A stretch of 64,000 nucleotides of DNA, taken from Prochloron sp. (lineage in GTDB: Bacteria; Cyanobacteriota; Cyanobacteriia; Cyanobacteriales; Prochloraceae). Below the pieces are notes generated by a model. That model saw only the letters and a program-made list of their open reading frames with translations. It did no database searches and was not told the DNA's origin. The translations under genes and the position numbers were made by a program. Positions within the stretch are counted from its first letter, which is position 1, and every line of letters begins with the position of its first letter. This document shows positions 28,297 through 38,348 of the stretch, piece by piece. The stretch covers positions 4,644,776 to 4,708,775 of the forward strand of contig OZ240666.1 of assembly GCA_965198675.1 (NCBI GenBank), read 5' to 3'.

Positions 28297-31200
28297 CTAG
28301 GACACCACTGCAACAAGTGCCACTGGAATTGGGAGAAAATATGACTTCTTAGTAAATCCCCCAAGTTTTCTGGATTTGGTCAACCACTCAGCAATTTCTT
28401 GGCTTGCCCTTTTTGCAGCTTCAAGCACATCAGTTTTTAGGGATTCTGACCTTGGTTTGAATGCATCTGTCTCCAACAAGGAAATCAACTGATAAACTTC
28501 TTGACCTGATGCACCTTGAGGATTTATAGGTTCAGATAAGTCACTCGTGAAAGCATAAAACGTTAAATAAGAATCGGTACTGAACCCATGATTTTCTATT
28601 TCACGAAGGGGATGAGTGGCAAATAGGAGATAATGAGCATCTCCCAGTAAGGGAAACTTTTCGTATAACCGATCCTCTGAGATGGTAGTAAAATCTGCCT
28701 TACGCTGTCGAGCTAAAGAACAGGCAAGTTCTCCAATGGGATCGGCATTGCGGCGAAGTGGACGGTGCTTAATAACTCCACTTTCTTGCTGCTGTTGATA
28801 CCAAGGATAGAGACCTGCCAGTAAGATATTGTCCTTTTCCCTGCCAAACAATTTAAATTCCGGGTCAAAGGTAAATTCTCGGCTTTGAATGGTAGCAATT
28901 TTAGCTTGGGCAGTTTCCATCCCTGTACCTTCATCACGGAATACGGGACGGTTCCACTCTTGGGTGCTAAAGGTGAGTTCATGTTGCTGGTCAACAGTAG
29001 GTAATCCTAATTCCACCCATCTCTCAAGCCGTTTTGCTAATTGTTCCCGGCTAACGACCCAATTTTGGTCAAGTTTGGTTTGAAGTTCCCCTAATTTCTT
29101 TTCCATATCCTGGTGGACTTCTTTTGCCTGCCGGAGGATATTGTCAATCAATTCTTCTTTTTCAATATTATGATAGATTTTTTCTTCCTGTTCCGGGCTG
29201 AGAGAACCGAGAATTTTGAGACGTATTCTTTCATCTGTGATTCCCAATGCGTTGAAACGGTTAACTAATGCTTGTTCCCTTTTTTGTTCGTGGGTTCCAG
29301 CAATAATTAAGTAATAAGCAGTGACATCTGAAATTTGTCCTAGTCGAGCAACGCGACCGTTTCGTTGCATCAGCACTGCTGGATTGGGACTCAAATCCCA
29401 ATGAATAACACGGTTTGCAACTTGGAAATCAAATCCTTCATCTGCGGCTGAGGTGGCAACTAGAACTCTCACAGAGCTATTGACATTGCGCAATTGGGCA
29501 ACCGCATTCTCTCTTTCGGCAATATTCATGCCTCCAGTTAATTTTTTACTTTGTCCTGGAAGAACTTTGGTGATGATTTCGCAGGTTTGCAAACTCTCGG
29601 TAAAAACTAGAAATTTTGACTCAGGTTCCTTCTGCAAGATACCTTTAAGCCAGGTTAACTTAGCATTCTCCGCTCCCGTTTTATCTTCCCTGTGGAAATC
29701 GGCAAAGTGCAGGAGTTCTAGGGCAAGTTCGGTTATTTCCTTAAGCTCTTCATCATCAGGCTCCAAAGTCTTATCTTCATCTTCCTTTTTACGAAGCTTT
29801 TTGGAAAATTCGTAAATATCGACTATTTTATTACTTGGTAATGGTTGTCCTAAACGAATCGCACCGAATGAAAAATCATCGCTAGGGAAAGAAACTGTAA
29901 CGTGCTTAGATTTGTTTTGCTCATCATAGGCAGCAAGTCTTTGAGAAATTCCTTGAATGAGCTGACGAAGCTTCCCTGTACTGTCGGATTTGTCTTGTCT
30001 GTATTCCTCTTGAGTTTTCCACTCCTTATGTCGGACGCACCAACGGAACAGCCACATAGCACCAGTAATAGTACTGCTAGTCAACCTGGTTTCCAGTTGT
30101 CGAATTGCAAATCCACCAAAACTCTTACCATTATTACTATGAATTTCTTTGATTTTTTCCCGAATTTCTTCCAGCAATGCCACGTAGGCTGGGTTTGCTT
30201 GGAGATGGGGACGTTTAATGGTCAATTTTGGGAATAAGTTTTTATCAGACCAGCTACGAACATTATCTTGTTGCCGCCAGATAACTGCGGTAGATGAATT
30301 CTTTAAAGGTCCAATTAATTCCTCCTCAGCTTTCTCTTCAGGCAGTGTATATGCGTTATCAACCTCTGGGGTTTGATGGGTAAGAAGACGCAACAGGTTG
30401 ATAAATTGAGGTTTAGAGCGAAACGGAGTAGCACTCATGAAAATTACCAACTTTGGAGGAGCGGAATCCTGCCAAAATTCTCCGGTAATCATTTGGTAAG
30501 CAGCCTGATAAGCTTTTGTTGCTTTGAGCGAGATACGCTTGGGACTGGTCAGTTCATCTTCACTAGCACAGTGATGTGCTTCGTCAATAATCAAAATCTC
30601 AGGTTTAACTCCTGCAGGTAGCTTCTTCTTTTGTCCCTTTTTGACATAGAGTCTTGCCGCATCCATACTGGCGATATGAATTCCGTCAGTACGGCTACCA
30701 TATTCAACAAAAGATTTCTCAATTTGAACAATACTATCCCCATCTACACCAGGGATAACTGACTGAAGCTTTAGCTTGACATCATCTAAAAGCCCCCCCT
30801 TTGTCAGGTAAAGACAACGAAGTGGCCGGGAGCTTCCCTGAGCCACGAGCAAATCCCGTAACATCAAACCTATTTCAATGGTTTTTCCCAGACCAACCTC
30901 ATCAGCAATAAGGAGGCGTTTAATTTCTTTCTGATGCCCCTTCATGTACTGTTGCAGCGCCAACTGGTGAGGTAAAGGGTCTTTGTCACTAGCAGTAATG
31001 CGACCTGAAAAGATGTTGGCCAGTAGTTCCAGCGCACCAAGTCTCATAGCGGTATGAGCGCGAAATGCTGGATTGAAATCATTTTCCCCCAGCACACTCT
31101 CTCCAGGAAGGTATGCCTTCTCTGGGGTTAACATCTTCTCGATATCCCAGTTGTTAGACAATTGCTCCCAGTCACGAAAGGATTCAAATAGAATCCCCCG

Positions 31201-31350
31201 ACGCTGTTTTAAATCATTTGGGTTCGCCGGAGTTCCGATGGTAAAAGCATAGTGAGAGTAACTGAGTGCGTCTGGGCTATCGGGATCCGCAAGAACAATA
31301 TCCCCGTGATTACCGCTTGCAGAAGGGATCTCGAACAGATAATAGGACAT
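28297..31350 (-). CDS. SNF2-family helicase with unassigned N- and C-terminal regions
   Basis: 1017 aa; LIADEVGLGKTIEIG (motif I), LIIDEAHH (motif II), and helicase-C motifs ...VATSAADEGFDFQ...QRNGRVARLGQ. Confidence 0.85.
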   Translation of the reverse strand: MSYYLFEIPSASGNHGDIVLADPDSPDALSYSHYAFTIGTPANPNDLKQRRGILFESFRDWEQLSNNWDIEKMLTPEKAYLPGESVLGENDFNPAFRAHTAMRLGALELLANIFSGRITASDKDPLPHQLALQQYMKGHQKEIKRLLIADEVGLGKTIEIGLMLRDLLVAQGSSRPLRCLYLTKGGLLDDVKLKLQSVIPGVDGDSIVQIEKSFVEYGSRTDGIHIASMDAARLYVKKGQKKKLPAGVKPEILIIDEAHHCASEDELTSPKRISLKATKAYQAAYQMITGEFWQDSAPPKLVIFMSATPFRSKPQFINLLRLLTHQTPEVDNAYTLPEEKAEEELIGPLKNSSTAVIWRQQDNVRSWSDKNLFPKLTIKRPHLQANPAYVALLEEIREKIKEIHSNNGKSFGGFAIRQLETRLTSSTITGAMWLFRWCVRHKEWKTQEEYRQDKSDSTGKLRQLIQGISQRLAAYDEQNKSKHVTVSFPSDDFSFGAIRLGQPLPSNKIVDIYEFSKKLRKKEDEDKTLEPDDEELKEITELALELLHFADFHREDKTGAENAKLTWLKGILQKEPESKFLVFTESLQTCEIITKVLPGQSKKLTGGMNIAERENAVAQLRNVNSSVRVLVATSAADEGFDFQVANRVIHWDLSPNPAVLMQRNGRVARLGQISDVTAYYLIIAGTHEQKREQALVNRFNALGITDERIRLKILGSLSPEQEEKIYHNIEKEELIDNILRQAKEVHQDMEKKLGELQTKLDQNWVVSREQLAKRLERWVELGLPTVDQQHELTFSTQEWNRPVFRDEGTGMETAQAKIATIQSREFTFDPEFKLFGREKDNILLAGLYPWYQQQQESGVIKHRPLRRNADPIGELACSLARQRKADFTTISEDRLYEKFPLLGDAHYLLFATHPLREIENHGFSTDSYLTFYAFTSDLSEPINPQGASGQEVYQLISLLETDAFKPRSESLKTDVLEAAKRASQEIAEWLTKSRKLGGFTKKSYFLPIPVALVAVVS

Positions 31351-31485
31351 AATGGCCTCCTAAATTTTAGGTATACCTGGATAGGTACACCTATCTTAGA
31401 CTACCTATTCAGAATTGTCAAGGGGCATCACAAGAAACTCTCTCCCCTCTTCCCTCTGCGTCCTCTGCGTCTCTGCGGTTTATCC

Positions 31486-32355
31486 CTACCATTCCTCATT
31501 CCCCTCAGAAACTGACTCAATTTGGGATATAGCAATTTTGGCAATTTGTGCCATTTCCCCCCCCTCATGAGCTAACTTTGCCCGTAAATGGGTTAAAGCT
31601 TCATCAGCCCCTAATTTTCCCAAGCTCAGAATTGCAGCCCTGACTAATTCTGGATTAGGATTATCCAAAATAGGAACTAGGTGAGGTAAAGCAAACTGGG
31701 GAGGTAATCGACTCAAGGCTGTTATAGCCTCAAGGCGCACTTCCATTGCTTCATCTTCAAGTGCTTCCATGAAAACTTGCCCACAACGCTCCTTCCCATG
31801 TTCCGCCACAATATTTGCTAGAGCGCTCACCACAGTAACGCGAATATCTACTATATCTGATTTGAAGGCTTCATATAGTTGTTCCGTCGCTTCAGCCCCA
31901 ATAAAAGACACCGCCCAAGTCGCTTGACCTTTAGCTGTCTCGGAGTAATCTCCTGCAATAACCTCTAATAAGGCAGGAACAGCAGCAGCTCCCATACGAG
32001 CTAAGGCACCTGCTGCTGAACTATTCACTACTCTATCCTCATCTTTTAACAGAGCATGGATCAGAGCAGGTATTGCTTGAGGGTCATGGATTTTAGCCAT
32101 CCCTTTAGCAGCAGAGCGTCGAACCACAGGATTGGGATGGTTCCCCAGTGCTCCTAACAAAAAAGGAACTGCCGGCTGACCTATTTTCCCAAAAGCCTCC
32201 ACGAACCCTAATCGGATCATCCCTCGCTTATCTGCTAAAGCTTGTACCATTTGTTGCAATAGTTGGGAGTCTCTGAGATTGAAAGTTCCTTGAGCAAGTT
32301 CTTCGTTGATTTGTTCTAATAAATCTTCAGTTTCAAGGATATTTTTATCTACCAT
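31486..32355 (-). CDS. E/F-type HEAT-repeat bilin lyase (CpcE/CpeF-like)
   Basis: 289 aa of repeated ...VRRSAAKGMAKI.DPQAIPALI.AL.D.D..V-type HEAT units. Confidence 0.7.
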   Translation of the reverse strand: MVDKNILETEDLLEQINEELAQGTFNLRDSQLLQQMVQALADKRGMIRLGFVEAFGKIGQPAVPFLLGALGNHPNPVVRRSAAKGMAKIHDPQAIPALIHALLKDEDRVVNSSAAGALARMGAAAVPALLEVIAGDYSETAKGQATWAVSFIGAEATEQLYEAFKSDIVDIRVTVVSALANIVAEHGKERCGQVFMEALEDEAMEVRLEAITALSRLPPQFALPHLVPILDNPNPELVRAAILSLGKLGADEALTHLRAKLAHEGGEMAQIAKIAISQIESVSEGNEEW

Positions 32356-32372
32356 AGCATATATTTATGATA

Positions 32373-32948
32373 TTAAAATTTATTCGTTAAGTTAGGTAAA
32401 AAGAACTTGATAACACCGACAAAAAAGGCACTTGCCAAAGCAACTGTGATAGTACGATTGAGAAACTCTTGATTACTTATACGCTTGTCCAAACCACTAA
32501 CTTCTTTCTCCAAAGCCTTAACATCACCACTAAGTTTAGTAACATTTTCCGATAGCTTATCTACTTTGTTATCCAACTTATCTATCTTCTGATTAACCTC
32601 CTCTCTCAACTCATTTATTTTGCGATCCACATTCTGGTTCAACTCATTTATTTTGCGATCCACACTCTCGTTTAATTCATCTATCTTGCGATCCAGCTGA
32701 TCTATTTTGCGATCGACACTCTGGTTCAACTCATTTATTTTGCGATCGACACTCTGGTTCAACTCATTTATTTTGCGATCGACACTCTGGTTCAACTCAT
32801 TTATTTTGCGATCGACATTCTGGTTCAACTCATTTATTTTGCGATCCACACTCTCGTTTGCCAGATCTATCTTGCTATCCAGCTTATCTATTTTCCGATC
32901 CAGCTTGTCGAGGATTTCCTTGAGTGAGACTTCAACTGCTACCGTCAT
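32373..32948 (-). CDS. tail-anchored coiled-coil protein with 11-aa tandem repeats
   Basis: VDRKINELNQ(N/S) is repeated about 6 times (33-bp DNA repeats, about 32600..32860). There is one C-terminal TM helix. Confidence 0.6.
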   Translation of the reverse strand: MTVAVEVSLKEILDKLDRKIDKLDSKIDLANESVDRKINELNQNVDRKINELNQSVDRKINELNQSVDRKINELNQSVDRKIDQLDRKIDELNESVDRKINELNQNVDRKINELREEVNQKIDKLDNKVDKLSENVTKLSGDVKALEKEVSGLDKRISNQEFLNRTITVALASAFFVGVIKFFLPNLTNKF

Positions 32949-33141
32949 GCTATTATACTCCTAAGTGTTTTAGAGTGGTTGTCCCCCTAAGTCTTTATAG
33001 GGGGCTTATTTTTAGCTTTAACACAATTTCGAGGAATTGTCAAGTAAGTATTGGTTTGTGGGATATGCACCAGCAGATTGTGTGTCCAACCCTTACCCTG
33101 ACTAGATCTTCCGAGCCTTTTTATTGGCAACGAAATTTTGA

Positions 33142-33155
33142 TTGTAAAGTTTTGT
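33142..33155 (+). promoter_or_regulatory. candidate cis element TTGTAAAGTTTTGT upstream of cpeBA
   Basis: The identical 14-mer occurs in the same orientation relative to cpeC at 55225..55238 (minus strand). Both copies lie about 100-130 bp upstream of the ATG. Confidence 0.35.
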
Positions 33156-33270
33156 TTCTTTGTTTCTCATAAAGGAGACTTGGACAACAACCATCTCATA
33201 TGGTGGCAATTGGCTGGTCATAGGAGCAGCCCATAGCGAACACAGTCCTTGTTATCAAAAGGAGAATTAA

Positions 33271-33804
<534 letters not shown>

Positions 33805-33885
33805 TCTTGTCAAATTTCAACTTTGAATCCGCTTCATTCATTTTCAAGAAACTAATTTAACACAAACACAGGAGAGATCTAAGTT

Positions 33886-34374
33886 ATGAAATCAGTGTTA
33901 ACCACTGCTGTAGCTTCTGCTGATTTGGCTGGCCGCTTCCCCAGCAGCTCTGACCTTGAGTCCGTTCAAGGTAGCCTACAACGGGCTGCTGCTCGTATGG
34001 AAGCTGCTGACAAGCTTGCTGCTAATTATGATGCTGTTGCTCAAGAAGCAGTTGATGCTATCTACAAGAAGTTCCCCAGTGGCAGCGGTCGCGACATCGA
34101 TGCTAGCACCCAAAAGGAAAAGTGCAAGCGTGACATCGTTCACTACCTCCGTTTGATCAACTACTGCCTCGTGGTTGGCGGTACCGGTCCTTTGGATGAG
34201 TGGGGTGTTGCTGGTGCTCGGGAAGTTTACAAAGCTCTCGGTATCAGTGCAGCTACCTACATCACTGGTTTGACCTTCCTCCGCGATCGCGGTTGCGCTC
34301 CTCGCGACCTGTCTGCTCAAGCTTTGGTTGAGTACAACACCTACATCGACTATTTAATTAATTCCATGGCTTAA
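33886..34374 (+). CDS. cpeA: C-phycoerythrin alpha subunit
   Basis: [41 protein letters not shown]...[29 protein letters not shown]...RGCAPRDLS. Confidence 0.95.
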   Translation: MKSVLTTAVASADLAGRFPSSSDLESVQGSLQRAAARMEAADKLAANYDAVAQEAVDAIYKKFPSGSGRDIDASTQKEKCKRDIVHYLRLINYCLVVGGTGPLDEWGVAGAREVYKALGISAATYITGLTFLRDRGCAPRDLSAQALVEYNTYIDYLINSMA

Positions 34375-34399
34375 GAACGCTTTATAAGCATTCACAGTG

Positions 34400-34431
34400 G
34401 GGGTATAGCATTGCTGTACCCCTATTTTTTT
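34400..34431 (+). terminator. rho-independent terminator of cpeBA
   Basis: The stem GGGGTATAGCA/TGCTGTACCCC is followed by TATTTTTTT. Confidence 0.7.
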
Positions 34432-34436
34432 GTTTC

Positions 34437-35186
34437 CTAGCCGTTTTCAGCTGAACAACCCAAACTCTGGGCAGTATTGGTGCGAGTAAAGGGATTCCAA
34501 GTTGACAAATCTTTGCTAGAAAGTCCACAAAGCATAGCTCTAGTTTCATGGCTCAACCCTTGCACTAGGGTAAAATCAGCTCCGGCAATACTCTGTAGTT
34601 GCTCCAAACTAGCTCCTGTCAAATCCGCTCCTCGCAGATCTGCTCCCTGCAATTCAACATTAATCAATCGCGCATTGCGCAAATAAGCTCCTGTCAGAAA
34701 AGCGCCTTGGAGGTTAGCACCGCTTAAAGCAGCTCCCTCTAAATTAGCCCCTGTTAAATCTGCACCGCTTAAGTAAGCACCCCGCAGATTAGCACCAGTT
34801 AAATCGGCCCCCTTCAGATTAGCTGTATTGAGAAAAGCACCGCTGAAATTGGCTTTCGGTCCTATAGCCCCGGAATTCCTGTAATTATATCCTTCTGGCC
34901 AAATTGTTGCCCTATCATAGATAGCAACCTGTAGTTTGGCTCCTTCTAGTTTAGCGTCAGTGAGATTGCAACCTTGGAATTGAACTCGATGTAAATAAGC
35001 GTCTTGCAAATCAGCTCCACTGAGATTAGCTCCACGGAAGTCCGCACCTCGAAGGTCAGCTCCCTTTAGGTTAGCCCCGGAGAGGTTAGTTTCTTGTAAG
35101 TCAGCTCCAATTAGATTGGCTCCTGCAAGACTCTTTCCTTCTTTGATAGCTTGTATAATATCAGCGGGAGAGTTGGTTTGGTTCAT
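34437..35186 (-). CDS. pentapeptide-repeat protein
   Basis: 249 aa dominated by A(D/N)LxG-type pentapeptide repeats (GANLIGADLQETNLSGANLKGADLRGADF...). Confidence 0.9.
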   Translation of the reverse strand: MNQTNSPADIIQAIKEGKSLAGANLIGADLQETNLSGANLKGADLRGADFRGANLSGADLQDAYLHRVQFQGCNLTDAKLEGAKLQVAIYDRATIWPEGYNYRNSGAIGPKANFSGAFLNTANLKGADLTGANLRGAYLSGADLTGANLEGAALSGANLQGAFLTGAYLRNARLINVELQGADLRGADLTGASLEQLQSIAGADFTLVQGLSHETRAMLCGLSSKDLSTWNPFTRTNTAQSLGCSAENG

Positions 35187-35286
35187 GAGATTGGGATCTA
35201 AAATTGATAAAACCGGCTTTACAGCATTAATATATTATTTTGTTTCGCGCAAAGACGCAAAGACGCAAAGAATGTGAGGTTACACT

Positions 35287-35560
35287 AATGACAGTTAAGC
35301 AACCTCGTTATAGCAAAGAAGAATTTGCTAGATATGGGGATGAAATTTATCAAACTCAAATTCGTCCTCTGGTTGAGGCTGGCAATCATGGAAAAATCGT
35401 TGCCATCGACATCCAAACGGGAGCCTTTGAAGTTGATGCAAGCGAAATAGCTGCCTGTAATCGCCTTGAAGCGTCTCACCCAGATGCTCAAATCTGGATT
35501 GTCCGCATTGGTTCCCGTTATGTCCGACGATTCGGTGGACGTGGGAAGAAAGTTGTATGA
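35287..35560 (+). CDS. small conserved protein, partner of the aspartic protease
   Basis: 90 aa from MTVKQPRYSKEEFARYGDEIYQTQIRPLVEAGNHGKIVAIDIQTG.... It has a 4-bp ATGA overlap with the next gene. Confidence 0.6.
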
Positions 35561-35922
35561 TTACAGGAAGCGTCAATTCAGACTTTGAACCAATTATTCC
35601 AATTTCAATTTGTGAGGACAATGGGAAGGTTTACACCCACGAAGCTATCGTAGATACAGGCTTCAATGGGTGGCTTTCACTGCCGTCGGACTTGATTGGG
35701 AACCTAAATCTGAGATGGAAAAGACGAGGAAGAGCCATCCTAGGAGATGGGAGTGAATGTATTTTCGATGTCTATGAAGCGGTTGTAGTTTGGGAAGGAG
35801 TTTATCTGACTATCCCCGTTGATGAGGCTGATTCAGAACCTCTTGTTGGCATGTCATTGATGGAAAACTACCAGCTAATGGTGCAAGTGTTTGAAGGAGG
35901 TTTTCATCTATACTTCTTCTGA
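35557..35922 (+). CDS. clan AA (retropepsin-like) aspartic protease
   Basis: 121 aa with IVDTGFNGWLSLP (DTG catalytic motif) and ...PLVGMSLM. Confidence 0.7.
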   Translation: MITGSVNSDFEPIIPISICEDNGKVYTHEAIVDTGFNGWLSLPSDLIGNLNLRWKRRGRAILGDGSECIFDVYEAVVVWEGVYLTIPVDEADSEPLVGMSLMENYQLMVQVFEGGFHLYFF

Positions 35923-35987
35923 GTTAGACAAATCTAGCTTACAATATTGGGAGGTAGATATTCGTTTATTTTTCTTAAACCCAAGCA

Positions 35988-36572
35988 ATGCTGAAACCAC
36001 CAATGACCATGATGGACTTTTTCCGCAAAAGCGAAGGAACGTGGTTTTCCCAGCGAACTGTCCATCACTTTGACTCCGTTAAGAATGAGTCGGGAGAATC
36101 TAATATCATTGTTGAAGTTTTGACGGCAGATGATCCGAGAGTGATTGATGTCTGTAAAGCGCAAAATGTAGACCCTGCTCTCGCTAAGGGTGGTGCTACC
36201 TTCCAATGGCAGCATAATCTGGATGATCCCAATCCTAACCCCGATTGGGCAGCAATTCTGGTGGATATTCCCGACAGGGAAAACAGTCAGACTGGGAAAT
36301 TTCTGCGCAACCGAGGTTATGTAGAAGGCATTCCCGTGGTCTGTCATTACCATTTTGCTGCCGATGGAACCTTGACAATTCAGACGGAATATGAAAAAAA
36401 TCAAGGACAGGAACGCTGTTGGTTTGTCACGGATGATTTTCGCGTCCGGGTCAGCACTGTTAAGATGATGAATGGTGTCAACCTGATGACTTATTGCTCG
36501 GAGCGCCGCTGTATTTCTCAAGAAAAACTGCAAGAAATGATTCAACTCAATCGTGGAAGAGCCTCGGCATAA
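35988..36572 (+). CDS. S/U-type phycobilin lyase (CpeS/CpeU family)
   Basis: MMDFFRKSEGTWFSQRTVHHFD...KFLRNRGYVEG...RVRVSTVKMMNG. The real start is probably an internal Met. Confidence 0.8.
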   Translation: MLKPPMTMMDFFRKSEGTWFSQRTVHHFDSVKNESGESNIIVEVLTADDPRVIDVCKAQNVDPALAKGGATFQWQHNLDDPNPNPDWAAILVDIPDRENSQTGKFLRNRGYVEGIPVVCHYHFAADGTLTIQTEYEKNQGQERCWFVTDDFRVRVSTVKMMNGVNLMTYCSERRCISQEKLQEMIQLNRGRASA

Positions 36573-36741
36573 ATATATAGTGTTAAGCATAAACTAGTAA
36601 TTATTTATGTTGCACGCAGAGACGCAGAGGCTCAGAGAGACGGAGAAAGATTTTTCGGCTTTATCTTAAATCATCCCACAACTATGCAACGCCCAATCAA
36701 GGCACAAATTCCTTAATAATAAGATAGCGGTTCAATGAGAA

Positions 36742-37374
36742 TTGACGAATAAAAATATGGTAACTGAAGATTTATACTCACAACTAAAAAATAAAAATCC
36801 CCGACTGCGGGAAAGAGCGATGGGTCAAATTGCTGATGAGCGTACTGAGGAGACCATTCCTCAGTTAATGGCAATTCTGGATTCGGAAGATGTGGTTTAT
36901 CGACGAGCAGCAGTGCAAACCCTGGGTTTGATTGGTCTTGACTCGGTTCCTTCCTTAATAGAGCAGTTAATCAACAGTGAAAATGAGACAGTACGGGCTA
37001 GTTGTGCAAAAGCACTGGCTGCGATCGCCCTCAATTTTCCGGAAGATTCTTTTCTCCCCTCAGCTCTGGAAGCCCTGAAAGGAGCACTGACAGACGAAAA
37101 TCCGGTGGTGAAAATCTCCGCTGTGGGCGCTCTCGGTACTGTTGGCCCGCCAGCTTTCGAGATTCTTGCAGAAGCACTCAAAATGGACGATCTGGCTCTC
37201 CAAGTTGCTTTAATCAATGCTCTAGGTTCCCTGGGGGATGAGCGGGGAATGTCCGTACTAGGGGCGATCGCGGCAAATGAATCAGCAGATCCCTACCTGA
37301 TTGAATCAGCAAAAAGTGCTTTATCCCGTCTGGAGCAAGTAATTAACTATGGGAAAGCAGGTCCGAGCCACTAA
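36742..37374 (+). CDS. cpeZ: HEAT-repeat lyase subunit, CpeZ-like
   Basis: 210 aa of HEAT repeats (LRERAMGQI...VVYRRAAVQTLGLIG...ETVRASCAKALAAI). Its size and PE context fit CpeZ. Confidence 0.6.
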   Translation: MTNKNMVTEDLYSQLKNKNPRLRERAMGQIADERTEETIPQLMAILDSEDVVYRRAAVQTLGLIGLDSVPSLIEQLINSENETVRASCAKALAAIALNFPEDSFLPSALEALKGALTDENPVVKISAVGALGTVGPPAFEILAEALKMDDLALQVALINALGSLGDERGMSVLGAIAANESADPYLIESAKSALSRLEQVINYGKAGPSH

Positions 37375-37800
37375 CTGTTTATGTTGTTGGGATGAATAAT
37401 AGTAACGCCTTCCATTGCTACAAAATCTTTTGGATTTAAAGTTAGAATATGAGTAATATTATGAGTTAACATTATTGCTTGTATTCGTAGATTGTGGGCT
37501 CGCTTACCTAAAATTTTGTGACTTGCAACAAGACTCAACCACTGAGGGAATATTGCTGGTGTTTCTTCTAACCACTCAAATTGATCTCTCAACATTTGTA
37601 CTGCTTGTTGAGTTTGTTCGGCTGTCCATCCTAATCCATTGACAGTAATAGGGCGAGTGGCTACTACCCAAAATTGTAATAAAGCATTGACCATCTTGTA
37701 ATAATATTTGTGAAATGGCATTGTTGATCGGGTCGTACTCAGACGAGTAGATATCAGTAAATCTTAGAATAATATTGGTATCTAATAAATAATTTGTCAT
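37371..37800 (-). pseudogene. vapC: PIN-domain VapC toxin, frameshifted
   Basis: MTNYLLDTNIILRF... (37576..37800) and ...LLQFWVVATRPITVNGLGWT...ILTLNPKDF (37371..37721) lie in different frames and together make one PIN domain. Confidence 0.7.
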
Positions 37801-37805
37801 CTGTC

Positions 37806-38039
37806 CTAAGCATCATAAATATTTTTACGATGCAATGCTTCGGCAGGCAAGCTAACATTACTTTTAGGGAATTGAGCAACCCATTGACGAAATTTATCGG
37901 CTTTTTCCATAGGTGTTAAATGTTTACGAGTTGCTGTCTGGACTTGTCTATCATGGAGCTTGGATTGAAAGAGTTTTTGTTCTTCAGGTGGTAAGTTTAA
38001 TACCACTTCCGCTAGGAAATTGACCAGTTGTATATTCAT
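37806..38039 (-). CDS. putative VapB-type antitoxin
   Basis: A 77-aa ORF immediately upstream of the PIN gene. The call rests on position only. Confidence 0.4.
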   Translation of the reverse strand: MNIQLVNFLAEVVLNLPPEEQKLFQSKLHDRQVQTATRKHLTPMEKADKFRQWVAQFPKSNVSLPAEALHRKNIYDA

Positions 38040-38348
38040 GAGTTTATATCGGATTTACGCTAGTTACATAGAAGTACAACTCAATTTTTAATCCCACATG
38101 GGATGTAAATTCATCACCAGACAACGGGGTTCCGGTCGATAAATTTCCACTTGTCGCTGCTGTGGAAAGATTTTCCAGCCCTTCTCTTGCATAGCATCTA
38201 TCTACAGGACATTTTCGACTTGCAATCCAATATGCGCAACTCTAATAGCAGTTACCAGTTACCAGTTACCAGTTACCAGTTATCAGGGGTATGATGTTGG
38301 CTCAAACCCACCATCAACGCCAGACCCTATTTAACCAAGTGATGAGGA

